Of a DNA stretch of 64,000 bases, positions 41,414 through 50,806 are shown piece by piece. The DNA comes from an uncultured Gemmatimonadales bacterium (GTDB taxonomy: Bacteria; Gemmatimonadota; Gemmatimonadetes; Longimicrobiales; RSA9). Position 1 is the stretch's first letter, and each line of letters starts with the position of its first letter. Below the pieces are notes generated by a model, which did not search any database, was not told the DNA's origin, and worked only from the letters and a program-made list of their open reading frames with translations. The stretch covers positions 420,522 to 484,521 of the forward strand of contig CAWCRS010000001.1 in NCBI GenBank assembly GCA_963798085.1, written 5' to 3'. Position numbers and translations under genes: made by a program.

Positions 41414-42406
41414 ATGGGAATTCTTGGCTCCCTCCGACCGTTCGTGTGGCTAAGCGCTGCGGCGACAGCCGCCGCCGCAAATCAGGCCCAGCGTGTCGAT
41501 GTAGACGCTATCGCGATAGCGACCCTTCAACGTGAGGCCCAAGCGCGATCTCCCGCCGGTCGATCAGGCGCCGCTCTCGCCTATGATGCCATGCGTAAGG
41601 AGATGGTACTGTTTGGCGGCATCGCATCGGATGGTAAGAGCTTCCCAAGCGATCTGTGGGCGTGGAACGGACGCTCGTGGCGTCAGCTGATTCCGTCAGA
41701 CGGTCTCGCGCCCAGCGGCCGGGCATTTCACAATTTGGTGTTCGATGCTGCACGCCAGCGCATGGTCATGTTCGGCGGGCGGCGCGACGGCATACTTAGC
41801 GACATGTGGGAGTGGGACGGCGTCCGGTGGCACCAGATAGTCAGCGATACTTTGACGCTGTTGCACGCTGCTGCGACGTACGACCCAGCGCGTCGTCGCG
41901 TCGTGGCCTTCGGCGGGCTCAACAATAGTGGCCCCCGGCGAGACGTGATTGAATGGGACGGTCGCAAATGGAATACCCGGGGTAGCGCTGGACCCGAGGT
42001 CGGGCTGGTATTTCCTGCCGTGCTGGCCGCCTCGCCCACCGGCGATCTCACCATTGTGAACATGCAATCGGGACGATCATCTGATTCCATTCCGGCGTTG
42101 ACGTGGGAGTTGAACGGAAGCGCCTGGAGGCGTCGCGAAATTGGCCCCGCACTGACCAGCTTGCAACCCGCCGTGAGCGCGCCTGACGGCACGATATACA
42201 TCTATCAGAGAGCGGCTGTTTGGCTCTCCACGCCGCTGGTGCACACGCGGAAGCCGGATGGCACCTGGGTCACCGTGTCACCGTCGTTGCGGCCCGAGGG
42301 GAATAGTGTTCCTGCCGTTGCGTATGATTCCGATCGCCGGCGTTTCGTTCTTTACAGCACTGATCTTTGGGAGTGGAATGGCGCCCGTTGGGCGAAGCGG
42401 CCATGA
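41414..42406 (+). CDS. Kelch-like beta-propeller protein (cassette C copy 2)
   Basis: Three amino-acid differences from 29787. Confidence 0.8.
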   Translation: MGILGSLRPFVWLSAAATAAAANQAQRVDVDAIAIATLQREAQARSPAGRSGAALAYDAMRKEMVLFGGIASDGKSFPSDLWAWNGRSWRQLIPSDGLAPSGRAFHNLVFDAARQRMVMFGGRRDGILSDMWEWDGVRWHQIVSDTLTLLHAAATYDPARRRVVAFGGLNNSGPRRDVIEWDGRKWNTRGSAGPEVGLVFPAVLAASPTGDLTIVNMQSGRSSDSIPALTWELNGSAWRRREIGPALTSLQPAVSAPDGTIYIYQRAAVWLSTPLVHTRKPDGTWVTVSPSLRPEGNSVPAVAYDSDRRRFVLYSTDLWEWNGARWAKRP

Positions 42407-42441
42407 TGGCTGGGAAGAGGAATCGGCTGCGCAGTATCGTC

Positions 42442-42550
42442 GCCTAACCAGCGCTTGCTGCTGCCAGTTCGCGGCGGCCGGCCGAAGGAGTACCCTTGAA
42501 TAGGGAAGCGGGGCCGCCGCGCCCCGCAGCAGAAGCGCGCTCAGTTAGAC
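42442..42550 (+). repeat. attC (cassette C copy 2)
   Basis: GCCTAAC...GTTAGAC. Confidence 0.9.
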
Positions 42551-42789
42551 CACCAAGCCCGTTCACGGCGGTGGCCTTTGTTCGGGCAGCAGCAATCACC
42601 CGATGGCTCTGCGGCGAACGCTCGGGGAACAACACTGGATTTGTCGGCGGCTGCAGCGTCACGCCGGGAGGCGATACGCTGATTCCCGGCCATCAACGAT
42701 CATCGACGGCAGTCGTTTGGCGCAGCTGCTGAGCGATGGCGCGCCAATGGATACGCCAACTCGCCCAGAGGCTGTCGCAGTGGCGCTGA

Positions 42790-43039
42790 ATGCCTGAGAT
42801 CTCGCGCTTCTTGGGTATCGTACTCCTTCGATCACGATCCGCCACACTTCCATGCGCACTACGCCGGCGCTGAAGCTCAATTCCGCATTCAGCCTCCTGG
42901 CGTGCTCGACGGCGATCTTCCACCGCGTGCCTTGGCGCTGGTGATCGAGTGGGCTAGACTTCACGAAGCAGAGCTATTCGAGAACTGGCGTCGCCTTCAT
43001 TCGGATCAACCGCCACGGCGGATTGCACCGTTGGAGTAG
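42790..43039 (+). pseudogene. DUF4160 protein, frameshifted (cassette K)
   Basis: MPEISRFLGIV, then DHDPPHFHAHY...VIEWARLHEAELFENW...IAPLE in a shifted frame. Confidence 0.8.
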
Positions 43040-43041
43040 GT

Positions 43042-43335
43042 ATGAATCCCAGAGTTGCAGACGTGCGGGTGGAGCGTGGCTACGTCGTGCGGCTGGCGTT
43101 CACGGATGGATCGGAAGGCACGCTGGATCTCAGCCCCTGGATCCAGGGGCGCACCGGCGTGTTCGCGGCACTCCACGAACCCGGCTTCTTCGCCCAGGTC
43201 GCAGTGGATCAGGATGCCGGCACGATTGTCTGGCCCAACGGAGCGGATCTCGATCCGGATGTGCTCTACGATGCCACACACGGCACCGGCGTAACGCCTT
43301 CAAGCATTGAGCGCGGTGGTCTAACAGGCGGGTGA
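43042..43335 (+). CDS. DUF2442 protein (cassette K)
   Basis: LAFTDGSEG.LDL...GTIVWPNGADLDPDVLY. Confidence 0.85.
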   Translation: MNPRVADVRVERGYVVRLAFTDGSEGTLDLSPWIQGRTGVFAALHEPGFFAQVAVDQDAGTIVWPNGADLDPDVLYDATHGTGVTPSSIERGGLTGG

Positions 43336-43440
43336 AGCTGTCGCGCGGGCGCCCTGCACGTGCTCGCGCCACCAGGAGCGAAGATCCACGGCCTCAAGCG
43401 CGCTTGGAAAGGCGCGCAGCGTACCCACGGAGCGTTAGAC
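43319..43440 (+). repeat. attC (cassette K)
   Basis: GTCTAAC...GGGTGAAGC...GCGTACCC...GTTAGAC. Confidence 0.9.
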
Positions 43441-43454
43441 GTCGACGACCGTTG

Positions 43455-43984
43455 ATGATGAACAGAGATCAATTGGCTGCCATCAGCGCATCTGTGGCCA
43501 CGCTTCGCGGCCAGTCTACACTTCGATCGGGCGCGATGGCGACGGCGTACTCCGACAAGTACCAGTTTGAATCCGACCCGACGCTGCTGCGGACCATTGC
43601 GGCGGAGCTCGCGTCGCTGGTGCCTGCCGAAACTGAACTGCTTGCCGGCCTCGAGTTGGGCGGCGTACCTATCGCAACTGCACTCGCCTTGCATACGGGC
43701 CTTCCACTGGCGTTCGTCCGAAAGCACGGCAAGGACGACGGAACGTGTCGGCGTGCCGAAGGGGCTGACGTGGCCGGGCGGGCGTTACCTGCTAATGGTC
43801 GAGGATGTCATCACATCAGGCGGTCAAGTTGTCGGTCTCGACCGCGGCCCTTCGTGAACTGGGCGCTGTCGTGAGCGATGCGGTCTGTGTGATTGACCGC
43901 GAAGCAGGAGGAGCCGCCGCGCTTGCAGCAGAAGGAACCATGTTGCGGAGTCTCTTTGCCAAGTCGGAGCTGATTGGTGCCTGA
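43455..43984 (+). pseudogene. pyrE: Orotate phosphoribosyltransferase-like gene in cassette L; two frameshifts
   Basis: TLRSG...DKY, AGLELGGVP, FVRK, VEDVITSGG (PRPP motif), VCVIDR. Confidence 0.8.
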
Positions 43985-44020
43985 GTGCCCCGCCTGGATA
44001 TCAAGGGCGCACCACCCGAC

Positions 44021-44130
44021 GTCTAACGAGGCGCTGCTGCTCGCGGGCGTGGGTAGGGAAGCGGCCGCTCGCTGCGCTCGCGGGCCGCAATTATGATAGG
44101 ACGCCGCAGCAGAGCGCCGCGGCGTCAGGC
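44021..44130 (+). repeat. attC (cassette L) with non-canonical R' GTCAGGC
   Basis: GTCTAAC...GCTGCTGCTCGCGG...CCGCAGCAGAGC...GTCAGGC. Confidence 0.8.
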
Positions 44131-44159
44131 GGGGACCGAAAACAAACGAGACACACAGA

Positions 44160-44621
44160 ATGACCAAAGTGACACCTTTCCTGATGTTCAACGACCAGCT
44201 CGAACCTGCCATGGCGTTCTACACCGCCACATTCCCGGACTCTGAGATCAGGAACGTCGCTCGCACTGGCAAGGACGGCCCGATCACTTCCGCCGAATTC
44301 GTCATCGGTGGTCAGTTCTTCATGGGCTACAATGGCGGCCCGTACTTCAAATTCTCCGAAGGCTTCTCGCTCTTTGTCGACTGCAAAGACCAGGAAGAAG
44401 TTGACGAGTACTGGAACAAACTCATCAGCGCCGGCGCAACCCCATCGCAGTGTGGCTGGATCACGGATCCGTTCGGCATCACCTGGCAGATCGTCCCGAG
44501 ACGTTTCATGGAGCTCATCAGCGACAAGAACCAAACGAAGGTAAAGGCGGTGATGGAAGCGATGATGAAGATGGTCAAGCTTGACGTGGCGACCCTGGAA
44601 AGAGCGTACAATGACGCATAG
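44160..44621 (+). CDS. VOC/PhnB-like (3-dmu-9 3-MT family) protein
   Basis: KVTPFLMF...NGGPYFKFSEGFS...CGWITDPFGITWQIVP. Confidence 0.9.
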   Translation: MTKVTPFLMFNDQLEPAMAFYTATFPDSEIRNVARTGKDGPITSAEFVIGGQFFMGYNGGPYFKFSEGFSLFVDCKDQEEVDEYWNKLISAGATPSQCGWITDPFGITWQIVPRRFMELISDKNQTKVKAVMEAMMKMVKLDVATLERAYNDA

Positions 44622-44805
44622 CAGACCAGGGCTGCGCTTGCCGGCTGCTGCGGTGAGGCCGCGCGTCAGCCGTTGCGCGATTACGACCGCGTTCCCACTC
44701 GATGGTTCGCTTCGGGTCTGTCTTCCTCGCCGGTACCCGCCCGATAGCCCCGGCCGGTGTGAGCCGGGACTATCGGACGACTCGACCGCGAGATCCACGG
44801 CTCTG

Positions 44806-45323
44806 TTACTGTCCCGAGCTCTCACCCAGGGCGACGAGAAGCTCGTCCAGCTGATCAAACGTCTCGACCATTGCATCGGCTGCTCCGGTGCCGGCAGCGT
44901 CGAGCGCTTCCTTCGAAGGATAGCTCTCGCGCAGGACCACCAGCGTCTTGCCGCCCTTTTCCTCGAAGGTCACCGTGGTGACAGGCCCGCCCTCGCCACC
45001 TTCCTCATTGGTCCACGCGAGGCGCGAATACGGCTTCACTTCGACATAGGTGCCGAAAAACGCGGCAGGCTCGGGGTCAGCGTGTCGAATACCAACCGGT
45101 ACTTGCCTCCGACACGAGCATCCACTTCGCAGGACAGCAGGGTCATTCCCATCGACCTGGGCACCCACCAGCGCCTGAGCAGCTCGGCCCTGGTAAATGC
45201 CTCGAACACGATGCGCGCCGGGCCGTTGATGGTCCGCGTGACAACCACCTCGCGGTCCGACGTCCGTTCCACCGTGGTGCGGTTCTTCACGGGGCCGGGC
45301 TTACTTTCGATTCTTGCGTCCAT
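44806..45323 (-). CDS. SRPBCC/AHSA1-like protein; frameshift near 45085
   Basis: EVVVTRTINGPARIVFEAFT...DARVGGKYR, continuing GTYVEVKP...TTVTFEE. Confidence 0.8.
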
Positions 45324-45665
45324 CGCTCTTCTCCTTTCGTGTGAGTTCCTCGACAACCTTGTCCAACTCGTCGAAGCGTTCGTCCCAGCGCTGGCGGTAC
45401 CTTTCGAGCCACGCCGTCTCTTCCTTCAGTCGACGCGGACCCAGCCGGCACGTCCGCACGCGCCCGATCTTCTTCGTGGTGACGAGCCCCGCCTGCTCCA
45501 GAACGCCGACGTGCTTCTTCATGCCCGTGAGCGTCATGTGGAACTTCTCGGCAAGGTCCGTGATCGAGGCGTCGGCTCGTCCGAGCTGCTCCAGCACGCC
45601 TCGCCGCGTCGCGTCGGATAGCGCGCCGAACGAAGTATCGAGTCGGTCGCCAAATACTGAACCAT
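45301..45665 (-). CDS. ArsR-family regulator; frameshift just after the start
   Basis: MVQY...DTSFGALSDATRR...KHVGVLEQAGLV...GRVR. Confidence 0.85.
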
Positions 45666-45701
45666 ATGGTTCAGTTTAACGCCGGCGTTCGCGGCATGCA
45701 A
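45656..45701 (-). promoter_or_regulatory. ArsR operator palindrome overlapping the promoter and start codon
   Basis: Perfect 20-bp palindrome ACTGAACCATATGGTTCAGT (45656-45675); TTGCAT-17-TAAACT on the minus strand. Confidence 0.75.
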
Positions 45702-45777
45702 GAGGGCCGCGGAGAACAATGCGTGCGGCGCTCTCTCAGCAGCGCGCGCGCAAGGAACCGATCAAAGGCTGCAAGCT

Positions 45778-48240
45778 CTAGTCGACAGAGAGCGCCGAGA
45801 GGATGCCGACGCGTGAGGCGCGTCTCGCCGGAACGTACCCGGCGAGCAGCGCGACCGTGATGATCAACGCGGCGCCGAGTGCGATCGTCAGCGGGTCGCC
45901 CGGGCGCACCCCGTAGAGCGACGCGGACAGCAGGCGAGTCAGGGCCAGCGCGGCGAGGACTCCAGCGGCCGCTCCCGGAAGCACCAGCCGGCCCGTGCGC
46001 CAGAGGACCATGCGGATGACGTCCTGCGACTGCGCTCCCAGCGCCAGGTGCACCGCGAGTTCGCGCGAGCGCTCGGCGACGTCCCAGGCAAGGACGCCGT
46101 AGGTGCCGATCGCGGCCAGCAGGACCGCGATGGCGGCGAAGACGCCGAGCAGCCGCGTCTGGAAGAGCGGTTCCGAGACTGCGTCGAGCAGGGCCTGGTC
46201 CATCGTCTCCATGCGCTCGGCGGGCAGGGTGCGATCCATGTCGCGCAGCGCGGCCCGCATCGCCGGCGCGATGTTGACATCCGCATCGGTCCGCACCACG
46301 TAGGTCATGTGATTCATCATCCACGCAAACGTGCTCTGCTGGTACGGGAAATACATTGTGGAATGCGGCGCCAGGGACCCATCCTGCGCGACATCCCTGA
46401 CCACACCGACGACCGTCATCCAGCTCGCGTAGGGATCTCGCTCCTTGACGCGCCGTCCCAGCGGATCCATGCCGGGCCAGACCTGACGGGCGAGGCGCTC
46501 GCTCACGATCACCGTGGGCAGCGCGCCCGGCGCGTCCGCCTCGGAGAAGTCGCGGCCCGCCACAATGCGTATGCCCATCGCGGCGAAATAGCCGGGTGAC
46601 ACCAGCGTCTTGTCCACGCTGTAGCCGTTGGGCAGCGGCGCCTGCCCCTCGACCATGAAATCCCCCATCATGTCCACACCGCTCATCGGCTTGAACGACA
46701 CGGCGGCCGCTTTCCGCACGCCGGGCAGCGCGGCGAGTTCAGCGACCAGTCGTGCATGAAAGGCACGCTGTCGCGCCAGGTCCGGATAGGTTGCCGCCGG
46801 AAGCGCGACGTTCATCGTGACGATGTGGTGGCCGTCGTATCCCTTGTCGGCCCCGCGAATGCGCAGGAAGCTGTTGATGAGCAGGCCGGCGCCCGAGAGC
46901 AGCACCAGCGCGAGCGCGGTCTCGGCGGTGACCAGCGCGCCGCGCAGCCTCGCCCGGCCGCCTACGGTGCGCGCGCCATGACCCATGCTTTCCGCGGGAA
47001 CGCTCCGGGCGGCGTCGATGGCCGGCGCCAGGCCGAACAGGACACTGGCAGTCAGTGCGACGCCGACGGTGAAGGCCATCACGAGGCCGTCGACGTGTAC
47101 GTCGCCGGTCCGTGGAATGCGGCCGCTCGGCGCAATAGCGAGCAACGCGCGCACGCCGGCGGCGGCGACCGCTATGCCGAGGCCGGCGCCGGCGAGCCCG
47201 ATGAGCGCGCTCTCGGTAAGCGCCTGCCGCGCCAGTCGCAGCCGGCCCGCGCCGAGCGCGACGCGGACCGCCATCTCGCGCCCGCGCGAGGCCGCGCGGA
47301 TCAGCAGGAGGTTGGCGATGTTGGCGCACGCGATCAGCAGCACGAACCCGACTGCGCCGGCAAGCAGCAGCAGCGCGGGCGTGATGTCGCCCGTGATCGC
47401 GTCCTTCAGTGGCAGCACGGCGGCAACCGGCCGGTGCTCTCCGAAGCCGTTGCCGTCGCCCGGCATCGACTGCATGATCGCCGCCAGCTCGGAGCGCGCG
47501 TCGTCGGCCGACACACCGCCCGCCAGCCGCCCGATCACCGACGGAATGAACGAGTTGTGCGCGTCCAGGCGAATGGTGAGCGGCATCCAGAACGCCGAGG
47601 CATCCGGAAACTCGAAGGCCCGCGGCATGACGCCAATGACGACCCATGGCTCGCCATTGAGCGTGATGGTCCGGCCGGTCACGGCCGGGTCGGCGCCGAA
47701 CCGCGCGCGCCACAGCCGGTCGCTGAGGATGACCACGTGGTTGTCGTCGCGCTCGTCGGCCGCGAAGGTGCGGCCGATCTCCGGCGGGACGCCCATCACG
47801 TCGAAGAACGCCGGTTCGACCCTTGCGCCTGTGATCCGCGTGGCATCACCCACCCCGGTGAGCGTCGCCTCGTGCCGGCCATAGGTCGCGACGTGCGCAA
47901 AACCGTGCTGCCGGTCGCGGTACTCGAGCCATTGGCGGTCCACCATGCCGGGCGACACCTTGAACGGCAGGTCGGTCGGCAGATACGAAACGAGAAACAA
48001 TCGCTCCGGCGAGGGAAAGGCGAGCGGCCGCAGCAGGACGCCGCGCACGACGCTGAAGACCGCGCTGTTCGCGCCGATCGCCAGCGCCAGCGTCAGCAGC
48101 GCGGTGACACTGAACGCGGGCGTGCGGCGCAGCGAGCGGATGCCGTAGCGCACATCCTGGACAAGCCGGTCGAACCACGCTCCGGCGCGCGGCTCGCGCG
48201 CGACTTCCGTGACGTGCGTGACCTTGCCGAACTCGCTCAT
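45778..48240 (-). CDS. ADOP-type duplicated ABC permease (MacB/FtsX domains)
   Basis: QDVRYGIRSLRRTPAF, LALAIGANSAVFS, LLIACANIANLLL, YVPARRAS. Confidence 0.9.
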   Translation of the reverse strand: MSEFGKVTHVTEVAREPRAGAWFDRLVQDVRYGIRSLRRTPAFSVTALLTLALAIGANSAVFSVVRGVLLRPLAFPSPERLFLVSYLPTDLPFKVSPGMVDRQWLEYRDRQHGFAHVATYGRHEATLTGVGDATRITGARVEPAFFDVMGVPPEIGRTFAADERDDNHVVILSDRLWRARFGADPAVTGRTITLNGEPWVVIGVMPRAFEFPDASAFWMPLTIRLDAHNSFIPSVIGRLAGGVSADDARSELAAIMQSMPGDGNGFGEHRPVAAVLPLKDAITGDITPALLLLAGAVGFVLLIACANIANLLLIRAASRGREMAVRVALGAGRLRLARQALTESALIGLAGAGLGIAVAAAGVRALLAIAPSGRIPRTGDVHVDGLVMAFTVGVALTASVLFGLAPAIDAARSVPAESMGHGARTVGGRARLRGALVTAETALALVLLSGAGLLINSFLRIRGADKGYDGHHIVTMNVALPAATYPDLARQRAFHARLVAELAALPGVRKAAAVSFKPMSGVDMMGDFMVEGQAPLPNGYSVDKTLVSPGYFAAMGIRIVAGRDFSEADAPGALPTVIVSERLARQVWPGMDPLGRRVKERDPYASWMTVVGVVRDVAQDGSLAPHSTMYFPYQQSTFAWMMNHMTYVVRTDADVNIAPAMRAALRDMDRTLPAERMETMDQALLDAVSEPLFQTRLLGVFAAIAVLLAAIGTYGVLAWDVAERSRELAVHLALGAQSQDVIRMVLWRTGRLVLPGAAAGVLAALALTRLLSASLYGVRPGDPLTIALGAALIITVALLAGYVPARRASRVGILSALSVD

Positions 48241-48425
48241 GCGCCAGCCTCCTCCGCATTCGTGACGATCGCACCCCCGGGCAGGAACAGGATGGAGATG
48301 ACTACGCCCTGGTTGCAATGCATGGGGCCCTCTTGCGAGCGCGACCACGATCCGGTTCGCCTGGAGCGCTGGCCGCTGCGGTGCGCCACAAGGAGACAGG
48401 GATGGCTCGGTATCCTCGCGCGTCT

Positions 48426-48521
48426 GCCTGACAAGCGGCTGGAGCCGATGCCGCACGTCGTAGTAGAATTGCTTGTGAACAACACCGCATGGCGGCCCGG
48501 CTCAGCCGCTTCTCGTCAGGT
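48426..48521 (+). repeat. Degenerate attC with GAC/GTC cores
   Basis: GCCTGAC-AAGCG-GCTGGAGCCG...CGGCTCAGC-CGCTTCTC-GTCAGGT. Confidence 0.7.
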
Positions 48522-48539
48522 GGCCTGCAGGAGTAATTG

Positions 48540-48983
48540 ATGATCCGGTACAGTATCGAAATCGATCGACCACCCAGCGACGTGTTCGGCTACGTCGAGC
48601 AACTCGACCGTCATGGCGAGTGGCAGAACGCGATTGTCAGCGCCCGAAAGGATCCGGCCGGACCCACTCGCATTGGGACGCGCAACGTCGAGCTACGCCG
48701 AATTCCAGGAGGACCGCGCGAGTTTGTTTCCGAAATCGTCGAATACGCTCCTCCGCATCGAATTGCGGCGCGGACCCTGAATGGACCGGTGCGCCCCACG
48801 ATCACGATCACAATTGAGCCGCTCGAAAACGGACGCCGCTCCCGATTCACGCTCGATCTGGAGCTCAAGGGGCACGGCATCGGGAAATTGTTCGCGTTCT
48901 TCGCCAGGCGTGCCGCGCGGAAACAGGTGCCGATCGATCAAGGCCGCCTCAAGAACATTCTCGAGTCCAGCGCTTCCTCTTAA
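48540..48983 (+). CDS. SRPBCC/polyketide cyclase family protein
   Basis: SIEIDRPPSDVFGYV...EW...IVEYAPP...LKNILES. Confidence 0.8.
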   Translation: MIRYSIEIDRPPSDVFGYVEQLDRHGEWQNAIVSARKDPAGPTRIGTRNVELRRIPGGPREFVSEIVEYAPPHRIAARTLNGPVRPTITITIEPLENGRRSRFTLDLELKGHGIGKLFAFFARRAARKQVPIDQGRLKNILESSASS

Positions 48984-49091
48984 TGACCTGGTGCGCCGAA
49001 AACGGCAGGCGCGTGCTGCCTGGCAGGAGCAAGGTCGCGCTGAGTGGCGAGTCTCTTCAGAGCAGCGCGAACGTCAAGCACCGGAGCCCGA

Positions 49092-49554
49092 ATGAGCGAA
49101 TGTATCTTCTGCCGCATCCTCGACGGCCAGCTTCCGGCGAGTTTCGTCTATCACGACCGGTGCGCCGCGTTCATGGACATCCAGCCCGTGAATCCGGGGC
49201 ATCTGCTGGTGGTGCCGGTTCGCCATGCTGCTTCTCTCGCCGACCTCGACGCCAAATGCGGCCGCCGATCTCATGCGCATCGGACACGCCGCGGCGGCGG
49301 CGCTCTGCGCCAGCGACGTGTTGTGTGAGGGCGTGAACTTGCTTCTCGCTGCTGGCGAGGCCGCGATGCAGGAGGTCTTTCATATCCATCTGCATGTCAT
49401 TCCACGATTCCGTGGTGAGCCGTTGCTCCGCCTCGTCGACGGGTGCGCGGTCTGGTCATCAGTATCGTGCTCAACGCCGTTGTACGTTGAGCCCGACGAA
49501 CGTCCTGAGGTTTCGCGCTTCGCTCGCTTCTTGTTCGATTCATTCGCCTTCTAA
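49092..49554 (+). pseudogene. HIT-family hydrolase, frameshifted with a divergent 3' end
   Basis: CIFCRI...FMDIQPVNPGHLLVVP, then QEVFHIHLHVIPRF. Confidence 0.8.
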
Positions 49555-49568
49555 CTCGCGCGTTAGCC
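49486..49568 (+). repeat. Partial/degenerate attC (R'' unclear)
   Basis: CGTTGAGCCCGACGAA...TTCGCCTTCTAAC-TCGCGC-GTTAGCC. Confidence 0.5.
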
Positions 49569-49610
49569 GGCTTCCTTGATGCAGGAACCCGGGAATGGGA
49601 GAGCAACCCG

Positions 49611-50195
49611 TTGCTGGCTTATGTGTTCTGGCATTGGAAACGACCGGAAGTCCCCACGATGGATTACGAGGACCGTCAACAGGGCTTCCACGCCGCGCTC
49701 GGTGCCTCGCCACCGGCAGGTTTCTTCGGCTCCTTCAGCCTTGGCGTCTCGAGCGCGCCCTGGGCGGCTGACATTGAGGCGTACGAGGACTGGTACCTCG
49801 TGCAGGACTTTGGTGCGCTCGGTCTGTTGAATGAGGCCGCGGTCTCCAGCTCTCGTGCGCACCCGCACGACATCGCGGCCTCGGTCGCCGCGGGTGGCGC
49901 GGGCGGTGTGTACGGTTTGAAGATCGGCACCGCGCTGCGCGCGCCCCGATACGCGCACTGGTTCGGAAAGCCGGAGGGGATGCCCTATCGCGAGCTGTTC
50001 GCTCGACTCACTCGCGTGACAGATCGCGTGGACGGCGCCTTGTGGATGCGCCAGATGGTGCTCGGGCCGGCCAGAGAATTCTGTTTGCACGCCGCAGCGC
50101 CCATTTCCTTGCCCGCGAGCCTGGAAGCCCTGGTCATTCGCCTTCGGCAGGTGTGGCCGAAACGGACCGACAAGAGCGCGGAGCCGACGCGCTGA
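49611..50195 (+). CDS. Hypothetical protein (probable old cassette)
   Basis: 194-aa ORF between two degenerate attC sites; YEDWYLV, LWMRQMVLGP. Confidence 0.6.
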   Translation: MLAYVFWHWKRPEVPTMDYEDRQQGFHAALGASPPAGFFGSFSLGVSSAPWAADIEAYEDWYLVQDFGALGLLNEAAVSSSRAHPHDIAASVAAGGAGGVYGLKIGTALRAPRYAHWFGKPEGMPYRELFARLTRVTDRVDGALWMRQMVLGPAREFCLHAAAPISLPASLEALVIRLRQVWPKRTDKSAEPTR

Positions 50196-50223
50196 AGCGC
50201 GCGGCCCATTCCCGGCATCAGGC
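50165..50223 (+). repeat. Degenerate 59-bp attC
   Basis: GACCGAC-AAGAGC-GCGGAGCCGACGCGC-TGAA-GCGCGCGGC...ATCAGGC; resembles the classic short 59-be stem. Confidence 0.6.
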
Positions 50224-50230
50224 GGCATCC

Positions 50231-50754
50231 ATGAATTACGACGAAGCCCTGCTGACGTACACAGAGGTCGCGGTAGTGTTCGCAGGCTTTCTGCGTTGGT
50301 CACGGCAATCCGCGATCGCGGAGTCGAGACCGACCCTCATCGTTGGGTGCGACTGCGGGGCATGGTCGAACTCGCGCTCCTGGTCGCGGCTTCCTCCGTG
50401 GGCGCCAACTCGATTCGAGCGTTCGGTGTGCCTGACCAAACCGCCTTGCGCGTCTGCAGTGGTTTGCTTGCGGTTGCAGGGCTGCGCCGTTTGTCTTCGT
50501 GGTGGTGCGACGCAGCGGATGCATCGAGCCGGCTCTTCATTCGGCTCTCGGCCTTATCTGCTGCTCCCTCCCCTCGATCACTTTCATTTCCACGGCGAGT
50601 CTCGTAACGAATGCGATGGGGTTGCTGGAGCGGCTCCTGGTCGATCTTCATCAGCAGTGCAGCACAGCGAAAGGCGCGTGCGCGGTCCGCCGGCGTCAGC
50701 TGGGACGAAGCCCCAGGCATCGTGCAACGGCGGTTGCGCGTGGTCGCGCGCTGA
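50231..50754 (+). pseudogene. Membrane protein remnant with several frameshifts
   Basis: MNYDEALLTYTEVAVVFAGF; hydrophobic segments continue in other frames. Confidence 0.45.
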
Positions 50755-50806
50755 CTGCAATTTCGCGATACGCCCTCCGCGATAGCCGAAGTACGGAGGT
50801 TGAACA

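Larger units (their letters stand above)
28111..44130 (+). mobile_element. Integron cassette array 1: 18 cassettes, order A B C D E F G F D H A I J D G C K L
   Basis: Each unit starts at G|TTRRRY and ends in an RYYYAAC...L''...L'...GTT hairpin. Confidence 0.95.

Noticed and set aside
42603..42797. IIDGSRLAQLL as an Mrr endonuclease relic in the cassette K leader
   Set aside because: The match is too short to support.
28111..44130. Repeated GGTGAAGCTG/CAGCTTACC motifs as a CRISPR array
   Set aside because: Spacing is 0.7-1.4 kb with genes in between; these are attC L boxes, and no cas genes are present.
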